From Anaerolineaceae bacterium (lineage in GTDB: Bacteria > Chloroflexota > Anaerolineae > Anaerolineales > Anaerolineaceae), in the NCBI GenBank assembly GCA_036744375.1, contig DAINSU010000003.1, positions 7,154 through 71,153 of the forward strand: DNA of 64,000 nt, written 5' to 3'. The notes beneath the pieces were generated by a model. It had not been told where the DNA came from, ran no database searches, and worked only from the letters and a program-made list of their open reading frames with translations. Positions 1-9,125 of the stretch are shown piece by piece (position 1 is the stretch's first letter; each line of letters opens with the position of its first letter). The translations under genes were made by a program, and so were the position numbers.

Positions 1-1872
1 CCCCAAAACCCCGTCCCGCCAGATATCGAAATTGCGCAGGCAGCCACGCTTAAACCCATTGCCCAAGTAGCCGAGGAAGCCGGCTTGCTGCCAGAAGAAA
101 TCGAACTGTATGGCGATTACAAAGCCAAAATCAAGCTGAGCGTCCTCGAACGCTTGGCAGATGTGCCAGATGGTAAGTACATTGATGTTACGGCGATCAC
201 CCCCACGCCGCTGGGCGAAGGTAAAACCACGACGACTGTCGGCCTTAGCCAAGCTTTAGGGGCACACTTAGGCCAGCGCGTTTTCACCTGCATCCGTCAG
301 CCTTCGCAAGGCCCAACTTTTGGCATTAAAGGCGGCGCAGCCGGCGGGGGATATTCGCAAGTCATCCCCATGGAAGACTTTAACCTGCACCTGACAGGCG
401 ATATTCACGCCATTACCGCAGCCAACAACTTGCTCGCTGCTGCCATTGATACACGCATGTTCCACGAAGCGCAGCAGAGCGACAGCGCTTTGTTCAATCG
501 GCTTTGCCCGCCAGATAAACACGGTCAACGGCATTTTGCCATCGGCATGCTTGGTCGCCTGCAGAAGCTAGGCATCACCGAAAGCGACCCTGAAAAGCTC
601 AGCCCGGAAGAACGCGCCCGCTTCGCCCGGTTGGATATTGACCCCGAAACCGTCACGTGGCGGCGCAGTGTGGACGTTAATGACCGCATGCTGCGGGGCA
701 TTACCGTTGGTCAAGGCCCTGAGGAGAAGGGCTTCACCCTCAAGACGAATTTCTATATCTCTGTAGCCAGTGAACTGATGGCTATTCTGGCTCTCTCCAC
801 AAGCCTGGCGGATATGCGCGCGCGCATCGGGCGCGTCGTGATCGGTCTCAACTGTCACGGCGAACCCATCACCACCGAAGACTTAGGCGTGGCTGGTGCG
901 CTCACTGTCTTGATGAAAGACACCATCAAGCCCAACCTGATGCAAACGCTGGAAGGCACACCAGTGCTCGTGCATGCCGGCCCATTCGCGAATATTGCTC
1001 ATGGCAACAGTTCTATCATCGCCGATATGATTGCTCTGAAGTTAGCCGATTACGTGGTGACGGAATCTGGCTTCGGCTCCGATATGGGCATGGAAAAATT
1101 CTTCGATATCAAATGCCGCTACTCCGGTAACATCCCCAACGCAGTGGTGCTCGTCGCAACGGTGCGTGCGCTCAAGATGCACGGCGGCGGGCCAAAGGTT
1201 ACTGCTGGCACCCCGCTCGCGCCTGAATACACCGAAGAAAACTTGGACCTGGTACGCGCAGGCGCTGAGAACCTCCTGGCACACTGCCGCATTGTGGGCA
1301 AATTCGGTATCCCTGTGGTAGTTGCGATTAACCGCTTCCCCACCGATACGCAAGCTGAATTGGAGTTAGTGCAAAAGATTGCCCGCGAAGAAGGTAAGGT
1401 TTCAGACGCCGTGATTTGTGATCATTATGCCAAAGGCGGAGCTGGTGCGCTCGAGCTGGGAAAAGCTGTAATGAAAGCTGCCCAAGAGCCTTCCAAGTTT
1501 GATTTCCTTTACCCACTGGAAGCTCCAATCAAAGAAAAAATTGAGATTATCGCCCGCGAGGTGTATGGCGCTGATGGGGTTGATTATAGTGAGTTAGCCG
1601 AAGAACGTATTCGTGAATACACCCGCTTGGGATACGATCAACTGCCGATCTGCATGGCTAAAACTCACCTCAGCCTCAGCCACGACCCAGCGCTCAAAGG
1701 TGTACCCAAAGGGTACCGCATCCCCATCCGCGATGTGAGCGCCTCAATCGGAGCAGGATTCCTTTACCCGCTGCTGGGTACGATGAGCACCATGCCGGGT
1801 TTACCCACACGGCCAGCTTATTACGATATTGATATCGACTTTGCGACCGGGCGCATTCTGGGCCTCAGCTAA
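1..1872 (+). CDS. fhs: formate--tetrahydrofolate ligase (5' end runs off the window)
   Basis: Frame 1 is open from nt 1. [29 protein letters not shown] precedes the listed Met85. The [16 protein letters not shown]-loop and full-length FTHFS-like sequence support the call. Confidence 0.93.
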   Translation, partial: PQNPVPPDIEIAQAATLKPIAQVAEEAGLLPEEIELYGDYKAKIKLSVLERLADVPDGKYIDVTAITPTPLGEGKTTTTVGLSQALGAHLGQRVFTCIRQPSQGPTFGIKGGAAGGGYSQVIPMEDFNLHLTGDIHAITAANNLLAAAIDTRMFHEAQQSDSALFNRLCPPDKHGQRHFAIGMLGRLQKLGITESDPEKLSPEERARFARLDIDPETVTWRRSVDVNDRMLRGITVGQGPEEKGFTLKTNFYISVASELMAILALSTSLADMRARIGRVVIGLNCHGEPITTEDLGVAGALTVLMKDTIKPNLMQTLEGTPVLVHAGPFANIAHGNSSIIADMIALKLADYVVTESGFGSDMGMEKFFDIKCRYSGNIPNAVVLVATVRALKMHGGGPKVTAGTPLAPEYTEENLDLVRAGAENLLAHCRIVGKFGIPVVVAINRFPTDTQAELELVQKIAREEGKVSDAVICDHYAKGGAGALELGKAVMKAAQEPSKFDFLYPLEAPIKEKIEIIAREVYGADGVDYSELAEERIREYTRLGYDQLPICMAKTHLSLSHDPALKGVPKGYRIPIRDVSASIGAGFLYPLLGTMSTMPGLPTRPAYYDIDIDFATGRILGLS

Positions 1873-1893
1873 CCTATACCCTGAAAATGTCCA

Positions 1894-1920
1894 AAGCCGC
1901 CAGATCAATACTGGCGGCTT
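1894..1920 (+). terminator. hairpin after fhs (possible terminator)
   Basis: A perfect 10-bp stem aagccgccag/ctggcggctt with a 7-nt loop lies 22 nt after the fhs stop. The T-tail is weak (ttatggttt). Confidence 0.45.
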
Positions 1921-1986
1921 ATGGTTTAGTAACGAGATTCCTCCGGTGATAATTCTATGAATTATCTTAAGGTTTTATGTATGTTC

Positions 1987-2014
1987 TTGACTATAGGGTG
2001 CAGCGGGCTACAAT
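1987..2014 (+). promoter_or_regulatory. candidate sigma-70 type promoter for the protease gene
   Basis: ttgact (1987-1992), a 16-nt spacer, then tacaat (2009-2014), about 40 nt upstream of ATG 2053. Confidence 0.35.
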
Positions 2015-2052
2015 TATTAACATATTAGTTTTTCAAAGTGGTAAAGGTGGCT

Positions 2053-3237
2053 TATATGAAAAATAAAACTGGAAAAATAATCGTTATCCTCCTGATTGCA
2101 GCGGTGGTTTTGGCATGCTCCCCATTTGGTTTACAGTATGTATTCAAAGGTCAGGGGACAGCAACCCCAACAGTAGAACCAACCGTTTCACAACCTCAAG
2201 TTACAGAAACCCCAACGACGAATGTGGTTGCACCAAATATAGTCGATTTAAATGACACTTTGGTAGCACTTTATGAAAAGGTGAGCCCTGGTGTGGTTTC
2301 TATCCAATTCAGTACCACCCAAGGCGAAGGTTTAGGGTCTGGCTTTGTGGTCGATAAGCAAGGCCACATCGTGACCAATTACCACGTCGTGCAGGATGTG
2401 GATTCGCTTGAAGTTCATTTCGCCTCTGGCGAAAAAGCCTATGCCAAAATCCTTGGGGTCGACCCAGATTCCGATCTGGCTGTAATTTCCGTGGATGTGC
2501 CTGAGGAAGAACTTGTGCCGTTGACTTTGGGTGACTCTGATGCCGCCAAAGTTGGGCAGTTAGTGGTCGCAATTGGCAATCCATTCGGCTTGAGCGGCAC
2601 AACAACCTTAGGGGTTATCTCTGGGCGCGGCAGAATTCTGGATTCCTTGCGCACAACGGCTAGTGGAACGGCATTTTCCGCCGGTGATGTTATCCAAACT
2701 GATGCCTTGATTAACCCAGGCAATTCTGGTGGACCCTTGCTCAACTTAAATGGCGAAGTCATTGGCGTAAACCGTGCGATTCAAACCAGCGGTATAACGC
2801 TCACCGGTGAGGCTGCGAATACTGGGATTGGGTTTGCAGTTTCTTCGAACATCCTACGCAGAGTGTTGCCATCGCTGATCGAAAATGGTTATTACGATTA
2901 TCCCTACTTAGGTCTTACTGCCCTCAACAGCCTGAGTTTGATGGTCATCGAAACCTTAGGTCTGCCGCAGGAAACCGGTGCCTACATCACCGACGTGGTT
3001 CCTGGCGGACCTGCCGACCAGGCTGGGCTGCGTGGCGGAACGCGCCGTACGAACATCACTGGGCTTTATGCTGGTGGTGACCTCATCGTTGCCGTAGATG
3101 GACGTCCAGTCAAGGAATTTAGTGATCTCCTCAGCTACATGATCTTAAACAAAGCCCCTGGAGATGTGATTACCTTTACAATCTTACGTGATGGCGAGCA
3201 AATGGAAGTACCAGTCACTTTAGGAAGCCGGCCATAA
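2053..3237 (+). CDS. HtrA/DegP-family trypsin-like serine protease with C-terminal PDZ domain and N-terminal membrane anchor
   Basis: Contains GNSGGPLLN (catalytic Ser), TNYHVV (His), DLAVI (Asp) and a PDZ-like GAYITDVVPGGPADQAGLRGGD segment. ATG 2053 follows aaggtgg, whereas the track start at 2038 is GTG. Confidence 0.9.
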   Translation, partial: YMKNKTGKIIVILLIAAVVLACSPFGLQYVFKGQGTATPTVEPTVSQPQVTETPTTNVVAPNIVDLNDTLVALYEKVSPGVVSIQFSTTQGEGLGSGFVVDKQGHIVTNYHVVQDVDSLEVHFASGEKAYAKILGVDPDSDLAVISVDVPEEELVPLTLGDSDAAKVGQLVVAIGNPFGLSGTTTLGVISGRGRILDSLRTTASGTAFSAGDVIQTDALINPGNSGGPLLNLNGEVIGVNRAIQTSGITLTGEAANTGIGFAVSSNILRRVLPSLIENGYYDYPYLGLTALNSLSLMVIETLGLPQETGAYITDVVPGGPADQAGLRGGTRRTNITGLYAGGDLIVAVDGRPVKEFSDLLSYMILNKAPGDVITFTILRDGEQMEVPVTLGSRP

Positions 3238-3258
3238 CTATAGATTTGTTAAATTAAT

Positions 3259-3298
3259 AAAGCGGCTGCTTTTATCAGGGCAGCCGCTTTATTTTTTC
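3259..3298. terminator. bidirectional rho-independent terminator between convergent genes
   Basis: An 11-bp stem aaagcggctgc/gcagccgcttt is followed by attttttcc on the + strand and by a T/A-rich run on the - strand. Confidence 0.7.
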
Positions 3299-3333
3299 CT
3301 AGTGATTACGTCTAACGCGGTCTAGTTGGGATC

Positions 3334-4566
3334 TTATTCGTAACGCAAGGCTTCCACGGGTTGGAGGTTCGCTGCTCGGCGGGCAGGGTACCAGCCAAAA
3401 AACACGCCAACAGCAGCTGAAAATAGGGTCGCGAGTAAGATTGAGCTGACACCGATGACTGGCGCAAGCGGTGCTCCCGAATTAGCCGCGATCAAACCAA
3501 CCAATGAAGAGAGCCCCCAGCCAAAAGCAATCCCAATCACCCCGCCAATTAGGCTCAGCATCGCTGATTCGGTCAAAAATTGCAGGAGGATATCAGACTT
3601 CCGTGCGCCTAATGCCTTCCGTAAGCCGATTTCGCGAGTGCGCTCCGTCACCGTAACAAGCATCATGTTCATAATTCCGATACCACCGACTAATAGTGAG
3701 ATCCCGCCGATCCCGCTTAGCATGATCGTTAAAATCTGAGTAATGCTATTGGCGATCGAAAGAAAATCTTCCTGATTAGTGATTGTAAAATCGTCAGGTT
3801 GCCGTGGCGTCAGGCGATGAGAAGAACGCATAATTTCGCGCGTCTCTTGGATCGCCAAAGTCATGCTCTGACTATCCTGCGCTTGCACGATGATATAGTC
3901 TACTTCTTCCGAGCCAGCACTAGACTTAACTCGCATCTGCATGGAAGAAATGGGCATATATATCATATAATCCGGCGAGCTAAACTGGTTGCCGCCCTTG
4001 GGCTTAGTCACCCCAACCACGCGGAAAGGATGTCCATTAATGCGCAGGACAGTTCCTACGACGCCAGTGGATTTGCCTGTCAGCCGTTCAGCTGCACGCG
4101 GGCCAATGACGATAACCGAAGCTCTAGCTGACTGCTGCGTTTCCGTAAAAAATGAACCTTCTTGGATTTCTAAGTTAAGGATTTGCTGAATATCCGGTGT
4201 GGAACCTGTCACATTGGTCGAAAGTGTATCATTTCCATAGGTAATCGTCGTCGAGCTGAAGAGCACAGGTGCAACACGAGCAATGTGCGGTGCCCTCGCA
4301 CGATTTGATAGGTTAGAGACATCGCTTAAGGTCAGTTTTTGCGGATTTGTAATATCTTCCATAATGTTGCCAGGCATCACGTAGAGAACATTCGTCCCAA
4401 TGGATTCAATTTGACCCGCAATGGAGGCTTGCGCTCCCTGCCCGATGGCAAGTAATGCAATCACCGCCCCCACGCCAATGATGATCCCCAAAATGGTTAA
4501 AAACGAGCGCATGCGGTTGGCAGCAATGCTAGTCCATGCTTCTTTGAGGACGTGCAAAAAGTTCAT
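3334..4566 (-). CDS. ABC transporter permease, MacB/FtsX type
   Basis: It has an N-terminal TM segment, a large periplasmic domain and the C-terminal FtsX-type motif [21 protein letters not shown]. Its start overlaps the stop of the upstream ATPase gene by 4 nt. Confidence 0.9.
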   Translation of the reverse strand: MNFLHVLKEAWTSIAANRMRSFLTILGIIIGVGAVIALLAIGQGAQASIAGQIESIGTNVLYVMPGNIMEDITNPQKLTLSDVSNLSNRARAPHIARVAPVLFSSTTITYGNDTLSTNVTGSTPDIQQILNLEIQEGSFFTETQQSARASVIVIGPRAAERLTGKSTGVVGTVLRINGHPFRVVGVTKPKGGNQFSSPDYMIYMPISSMQMRVKSSAGSEEVDYIIVQAQDSQSMTLAIQETREIMRSSHRLTPRQPDDFTITNQEDFLSIANSITQILTIMLSGIGGISLLVGGIGIMNMMLVTVTERTREIGLRKALGARKSDILLQFLTESAMLSLIGGVIGIAFGWGLSSLVGLIAANSGAPLAPVIGVSSILLATLFSAAVGVFFGWYPARRAANLQPVEALRYE

Positions 4567-5270
4567 GCTTCCTCCAAACCATCAACAATGACGCCATCGC
4601 GCAAATGGACAATGCGTTGGGTTTGCTCAGCGATGTTAGAGTCATGCGTAACAATTACCACAGTTGTGCCAATACGCGTATTGAGCTCTATCAACAAATC
4701 CATAATTTCCTGCCCTGATTTGGAATCCAAGTTACCGGTAGGCTCATCAGCCAAAATGATTGCGGGCTCATTGACAATTGCGCGGGCAATAGCAACGCGT
4801 TGCTGCTGACCGCCCGAAAGCTCGTTGGGTTTATGAAGCATGCGATCAGCTAACCCAACGCGTTCAAGTGCCTGACGGCTGCGTTCGCGCATGAGAGATT
4901 GATCCCGGCTGTAACGCAAGGGTAGTTCCACATTCTCCAGCGCCGTCGCACGCGGGAGCAAATTGTACTTCTGAAATACAAAGCCAATCTTCTCATTGCG
5001 CACCAAAGCGAGTTCATCATCAATTAACTCCGAGACTAACTGACCGTCTAAGCGATACTCTCCTGCTGTTGGAGAGTCTAAGCAGCCTACCATGTTCATC
5101 AATGTAGACTTCCCTGAGCCGCTTGGTCCCATGATGGCGATGACCTCGCCTGGGTAAACCTCTAAGTCAACGCCACGCAAAGCCGGCACTTCAATTTCAC
5201 CAATGTAATAACTTTTATGCAGATCCCGGATATAAATTACCGGTTGTTGTGCATCTTGCTTTTCCATCAT
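4563..5270 (-). CDS. ABC transporter ATP-binding protein (MacB/LolD-like)
   Basis: Walker [10 protein letters not shown], signature [14 protein letters not shown] and Walker [12 protein letters not shown] are all present. Confidence 0.95.
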   Translation of the reverse strand: MMEKQDAQQPVIYIRDLHKSYYIGEIEVPALRGVDLEVYPGEVIAIMGPSGSGKSTLMNMVGCLDSPTAGEYRLDGQLVSELIDDELALVRNEKIGFVFQKYNLLPRATALENVELPLRYSRDQSLMRERSRQALERVGLADRMLHKPNELSGGQQQRVAIARAIVNEPAIILADEPTGNLDSKSGQEIMDLLIELNTRIGTTVVIVTHDSNIAEQTQRIVHLRDGVIVDGLEEA

Positions 5271-5276
5271 GACTGC

Positions 5277-6653
5277 TTATCTCCCGAATGGGTTTTGAAT
5301 CATGGAAAGCAAACCGCTGGGCGGATTGAGAATTATCAACTCGCCTTCTTCAATCTCTGCTTTGGTAATTTCAAACTTTTCGTTGGAATAGCTGCCTACA
5401 CTTACCTCAACCGGTACAGGCATATTATCCCGCAGCACATAGACCACATCTTTGCCTTGATAAGTCGTCAATGCCTGGCTCGGAACAGTGAAAACGTTTT
5501 GACGTTCTTCTGTGAGGATGGTTACACCAGCCGTCATGCCGGGCTTGATTTGATCTTGGCCATCGTCTAGAGCAATGGTAACGCGGTAGCTCACGACGCC
5601 AGTGCGTGCATCGCCTACATGATCAATCTCTACGACCTTACCCGTAAAAGTTTCTTCAAAAAATGCGTCAAAAACTAATTCCGCGGTTTGATCCAATTGA
5701 ATATGGGGGATATCTACTTCCGAGATTGGCACATCCACATAAAGCTGGCTTAGGTCTGCGAGTTGGGCTGCCTGAGTCCCAGCAGAAACCACATCTCCTG
5801 GTTTGGTATAGATGGCTGTTAAAGTACCCTCAAAAGGCGCTTTGAGTTCAACCGAAGCTAAACGTTTGTTGATCGCCTCCAATTGCAACTCTAAACGTTC
5901 CTTTTCATCTGGATCCGGACCGTTTTTGATTTTTTCGAGCTTTGCCTGAGCATCCTCAATGCTTTGGTTTTGCACAGCAATTTGGGCATTCAATTCTTCA
6001 ATTTGCTGGTCAATCACCTCTGGATCGCAAAAATCCAGCTCTGCCTTTGTAGAGCGCACTCTTGCTAGGTTTTGCTCGGTCGGGTTATTTTGATAAGTCT
6101 CTATCGCATTTTCATAATTAGTGCGCAAGTTGTTTAGCCTCCAGACGGTGCATACACGTTCTTCCAAGATTTCCAGTTCATGCTGGAGCGTGGAAAGCGT
6201 CGATTGTGCCTGGGTGATGTTGGCTTGCAGTTGCGTACGCTGCAACGCTGTGTTACCCTCTAAGTCCTCTAGGGCTTTTTGAATAGAGATTTTATCCGCA
6301 CGCGCCTGAATAATATCCAGGGGTAAGTCATTTTCACCCAATTTCAAAATGACCTGATCTTTGCGCACCGAATCACCAACGGTTAAATCAGACTGGTCTA
6401 CCGTGCCGCTAGTCTGCCAAATCAGCACCGCTTGATGTTTCGGGCGCACTGTTCCAGTCCCGTTCACGCTGCTAACAAAAGTCTCGCGGCTGTAGGGCAC
6501 CGTCTCCAATTGTGCTAATGTTTGCAGTCCTTGCTGGTATTGCCGGTACTGAATGAAAGCAAAAATCGCTATGGCAACGACCAAAATTAATATGATCGTC
6601 CAATTAGTTTTTCCGCTTCTTTTCCGTTTTTGTGTTTTTACTTCTTCAGCCAT
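5277..6653 (-). CDS. efflux periplasmic adaptor (HlyD/MacA-like membrane fusion protein)
   Basis: It has an N-terminal TM segment, a long coiled-coil hairpin and beta-barrel segments. It is the first gene of a three-gene operon with the ABC ATPase and permease. Confidence 0.85.
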   Translation of the reverse strand: MAEEVKTQKRKRSGKTNWTIILILVVAIAIFAFIQYRQYQQGLQTLAQLETVPYSRETFVSSVNGTGTVRPKHQAVLIWQTSGTVDQSDLTVGDSVRKDQVILKLGENDLPLDIIQARADKISIQKALEDLEGNTALQRTQLQANITQAQSTLSTLQHELEILEERVCTVWRLNNLRTNYENAIETYQNNPTEQNLARVRSTKAELDFCDPEVIDQQIEELNAQIAVQNQSIEDAQAKLEKIKNGPDPDEKERLELQLEAINKRLASVELKAPFEGTLTAIYTKPGDVVSAGTQAAQLADLSQLYVDVPISEVDIPHIQLDQTAELVFDAFFEETFTGKVVEIDHVGDARTGVVSYRVTIALDDGQDQIKPGMTAGVTILTEERQNVFTVPSQALTTYQGKDVVYVLRDNMPVPVEVSVGSYSNEKFEITKAEIEEGELIILNPPSGLLSMIQNPFGR

Positions 6654-6768
6654 ATCTTCTCCATAATAATTAAGGTGTCTTAATTTATCATTGAACTATC
6701 GGATTTTTATTAAAATGCGTTATACAACGCTTTTTTTACCCAGGTTAATACTTAAATGAGCTTCTATT

Positions 6769-7314
6769 TTACTTGATAAGGGCAGAAACAGCCTTAAACG
6801 TAGGATGTTGGGCATCACTCATCAAAGCGAAGAGTGTCATTTCCACCGTAGTCAGATGCACTCCAGAAGCCAAGAGCTCTGCCAATGCCGTACTTTTATC
6901 ACTCAGCCGACGCGAAGACACAGCGTCAGCGACTATGTAAACTTCGAATCCATCTGCAAGCAGATCCAGAGCGCTTTGATAGAGGCAAATGTGCGCCTCG
7001 AAGCCGCAAAGCAACACTTGCTTGCGACCAAGAGCTTGCACAGCCTGCCTGACTGCCTGGTCACGCCATATGCTAAAGCTCACACGCGGCAGATCTGCTT
7101 GCTCTGGCAGCAAACTTGCAATTTCCGGGATGGTATGCCCGATTTTTTCTGGGGCTTGCGCTGTGAGCAGGGTTGGAACCCCAAGCAGCTTTGCCCCCTG
7201 CACGAGGATGCGAATACGCTCAATTGCAGCTTCACTCTCAGCCACCACTCGGGCTAAGCGTCCTTGGGCATCGACGATAATCAAAAGGGAATCTTCTATA
7301 TCTATCATATTCAT
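6769..7314 (-). CDS. isochorismatase-family hydrolase
   Basis: LLIIVDAQ, VLLCGFEAHICLYQSALDL (catalytic Cys context) and VYIVADAVSSR are typical of the cysteine-hydrolase fold. Confidence 0.85.
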   Translation of the reverse strand: MNMIDIEDSLLIIVDAQGRLARVVAESEAAIERIRILVQGAKLLGVPTLLTAQAPEKIGHTIPEIASLLPEQADLPRVSFSIWRDQAVRQAVQALGRKQVLLCGFEAHICLYQSALDLLADGFEVYIVADAVSSRRLSDKSTALAELLASGVHLTTVEMTLFALMSDAQHPTFKAVSALIK

Positions 7315-7430
7315 TTCTTTCAGCGAGCATCAGTTCACCAATCCAATCTTCGCTATTATAACGGATAACGTTGTGTCCTCGGATTATCCCATCTACAACA
7401 AGGATATAATCAACCCCTGGAGGAAAAGCT

Positions 7431-8057
7431 GTGACAGATATCCGCAGAGGGCTGCAAATCATCGGCAAAGCATTCAGCTTATGGTGGCAGGATTGGAGCA
7501 ACCAAGAATTGGTCAGTTTGGCTTTCATCCTGCTCAGCCTGACGGTACTGGGTTTTGCGCCAGCGCTATTTGGGGTCTTTCATCAAGCTTTAGAGCTGAC
7601 ACACAGCATTCGCACTGGTATTGCCGGCTGGTGGGAGGGGGTCAAGATGTACCTCAAAGATAGCTTGCTGTGGGGCTTGCTCAATTTGACTGCATTGGCG
7701 ATATTCGCCTTTACCCTGTGGTTTTATGCCAATAGCAGCTTCGGTTTTGCGCCTTATCTGGTCATTCTGATTTCAGTTTTAGCCATTGGCTGGTTTGTGT
7801 GGCAATTTATTTCTATAGCATGTTACTTCCTCCAAGCCGAGCGCAGCCTAAAGCTGGCTTGGAAAAATGGCTTTGCGGTACTGCTCTCCAAACCGCTGCT
7901 TGTGCTCCTGCCTGGCTTGCTGGCTGGTAGCCTGGTGGTGCTTTCGGTGCGCTTTTTCATTCCATTGATGATCGGTTCACCCGCACTGATTAGCCTGATT
8001 GCGCTCCTCTGCGTACAGAGTTACACCAGGGTTGACACTCCGGTTGAACACTCCTAA
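7431..8057 (+). CDS. hypothetical multi-pass membrane protein
   Basis: There are 4-5 hydrophobic spans. The start is GTG, preceded by ggagg at about 8 nt. Confidence 0.6.
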   Translation: MTDIRRGLQIIGKAFSLWWQDWSNQELVSLAFILLSLTVLGFAPALFGVFHQALELTHSIRTGIAGWWEGVKMYLKDSLLWGLLNLTALAIFAFTLWFYANSSFGFAPYLVILISVLAIGWFVWQFISIACYFLQAERSLKLAWKNGFAVLLSKPLLVLLPGLLAGSLVVLSVRFFIPLMIGSPALISLIALLCVQSYTRVDTPVEHS

Positions 8058-8141
8058 ACTAAACCATTTTTTGCCCATAAGCCGTGTTAAAATTAACCAA
8101 GTTATTCCATTTTTATAGTCAACCTTTATCAGGAGAATATT

Positions 8142-9113
8142 ATGGCAAGGAAAGTGCTGGGGTACATCCAACTTATCTGGACGTGTAGTTATTGCGGCAC
8201 TCAAAACCCTGGGGCGATAAAATCCTGCACGCAATGCGGCGCACCGCAAGCTCCTGATGTCCAATTTGAAAAAGTGGATGCAGAAACCTTCGCGTTTATC
8301 AAAGATGAGGCGTTGATCCGCATGGCACAAAAGGGTGCAGATAAGCACTGCCCCTATTGTGGCACACGGAATAGTATCGACGCCGAAACATGCGTTGAAT
8401 GTGGAAGTGACATCACCAGCGGCGCTAAGGCGCGTGAGAGCGGAGAGAGAATAGAAACTCGGGCAGCTAATCAAAATCCACCCACACCTCCAAAGCGCCC
8501 TCAGCCTTTTCTGAGTGTCATCATCCTCGTGGTACTCGCTGGGTTAGTTTTCCTTATCATTAACCTCACCCGAACGGACCAGGTGACGGCGGTAGTAAGC
8601 GCAGTTTCTTGGCAGCGCAGTCAAGTCATTGAAGAATATCAACGTGTTGAACGCAAAAGCTGGGAAGACGCGATTCCCTCCAATGCAACATTAGTAAGTT
8701 GTGCGCTGCAATATCGATACGATTCCGACACACCCCGTCCAATCGCAACGGAAGTATGCGGCGAGCCTTACACTATCGATACGGGCACAGGTTTAGGTCA
8801 AGTTGTTCAGGATTGCGTTTATCGGGTATATGAAAACTATTGCACCTATACAACCATGGATTGGCTGCCAGTGGAGACTCTCGTCACATCCGGGGAAGAT
8901 TTGCGTCCGTATTGGCCAACTTTTGAGCTTGCTAACGAACAACGGCAAGGGAACAGCACAGAACGTTATGTAATCACCTTTTCCGCAGCGGGTGATTCCT
9001 TTACCTATTCCACCACTGATGAAAACTTGTATTTACAAGCGCAGCCAGGCAGTACTTGGTTACTTGATATTAACCAGTTCAATCATGTGGTTTCTGCTGC
9101 ACCTGCGCAATAA
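8142..9113 (+). CDS. double zinc-ribbon membrane protein (hypothetical)
   Basis: Two CxxC-N10-12-CxxC ribbons (CSYCGTQ..CTQCG and CPYCGTR..CVECG) are followed by one TM segment (FLSVIILVVLAGLVFLIINL) and an extracytoplasmic domain. The RBS is caggag. Confidence 0.7.
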   Translation: MARKVLGYIQLIWTCSYCGTQNPGAIKSCTQCGAPQAPDVQFEKVDAETFAFIKDEALIRMAQKGADKHCPYCGTRNSIDAETCVECGSDITSGAKARESGERIETRAANQNPPTPPKRPQPFLSVIILVVLAGLVFLIINLTRTDQVTAVVSAVSWQRSQVIEEYQRVERKSWEDAIPSNATLVSCALQYRYDSDTPRPIATEVCGEPYTIDTGTGLGQVVQDCVYRVYENYCTYTTMDWLPVETLVTSGEDLRPYWPTFELANEQRQGNSTERYVITFSAAGDSFTYSTTDENLYLQAQPGSTWLLDINQFNHVVSAAPAQ

Positions 9114-9125
9114 TCTTTAGGCTGC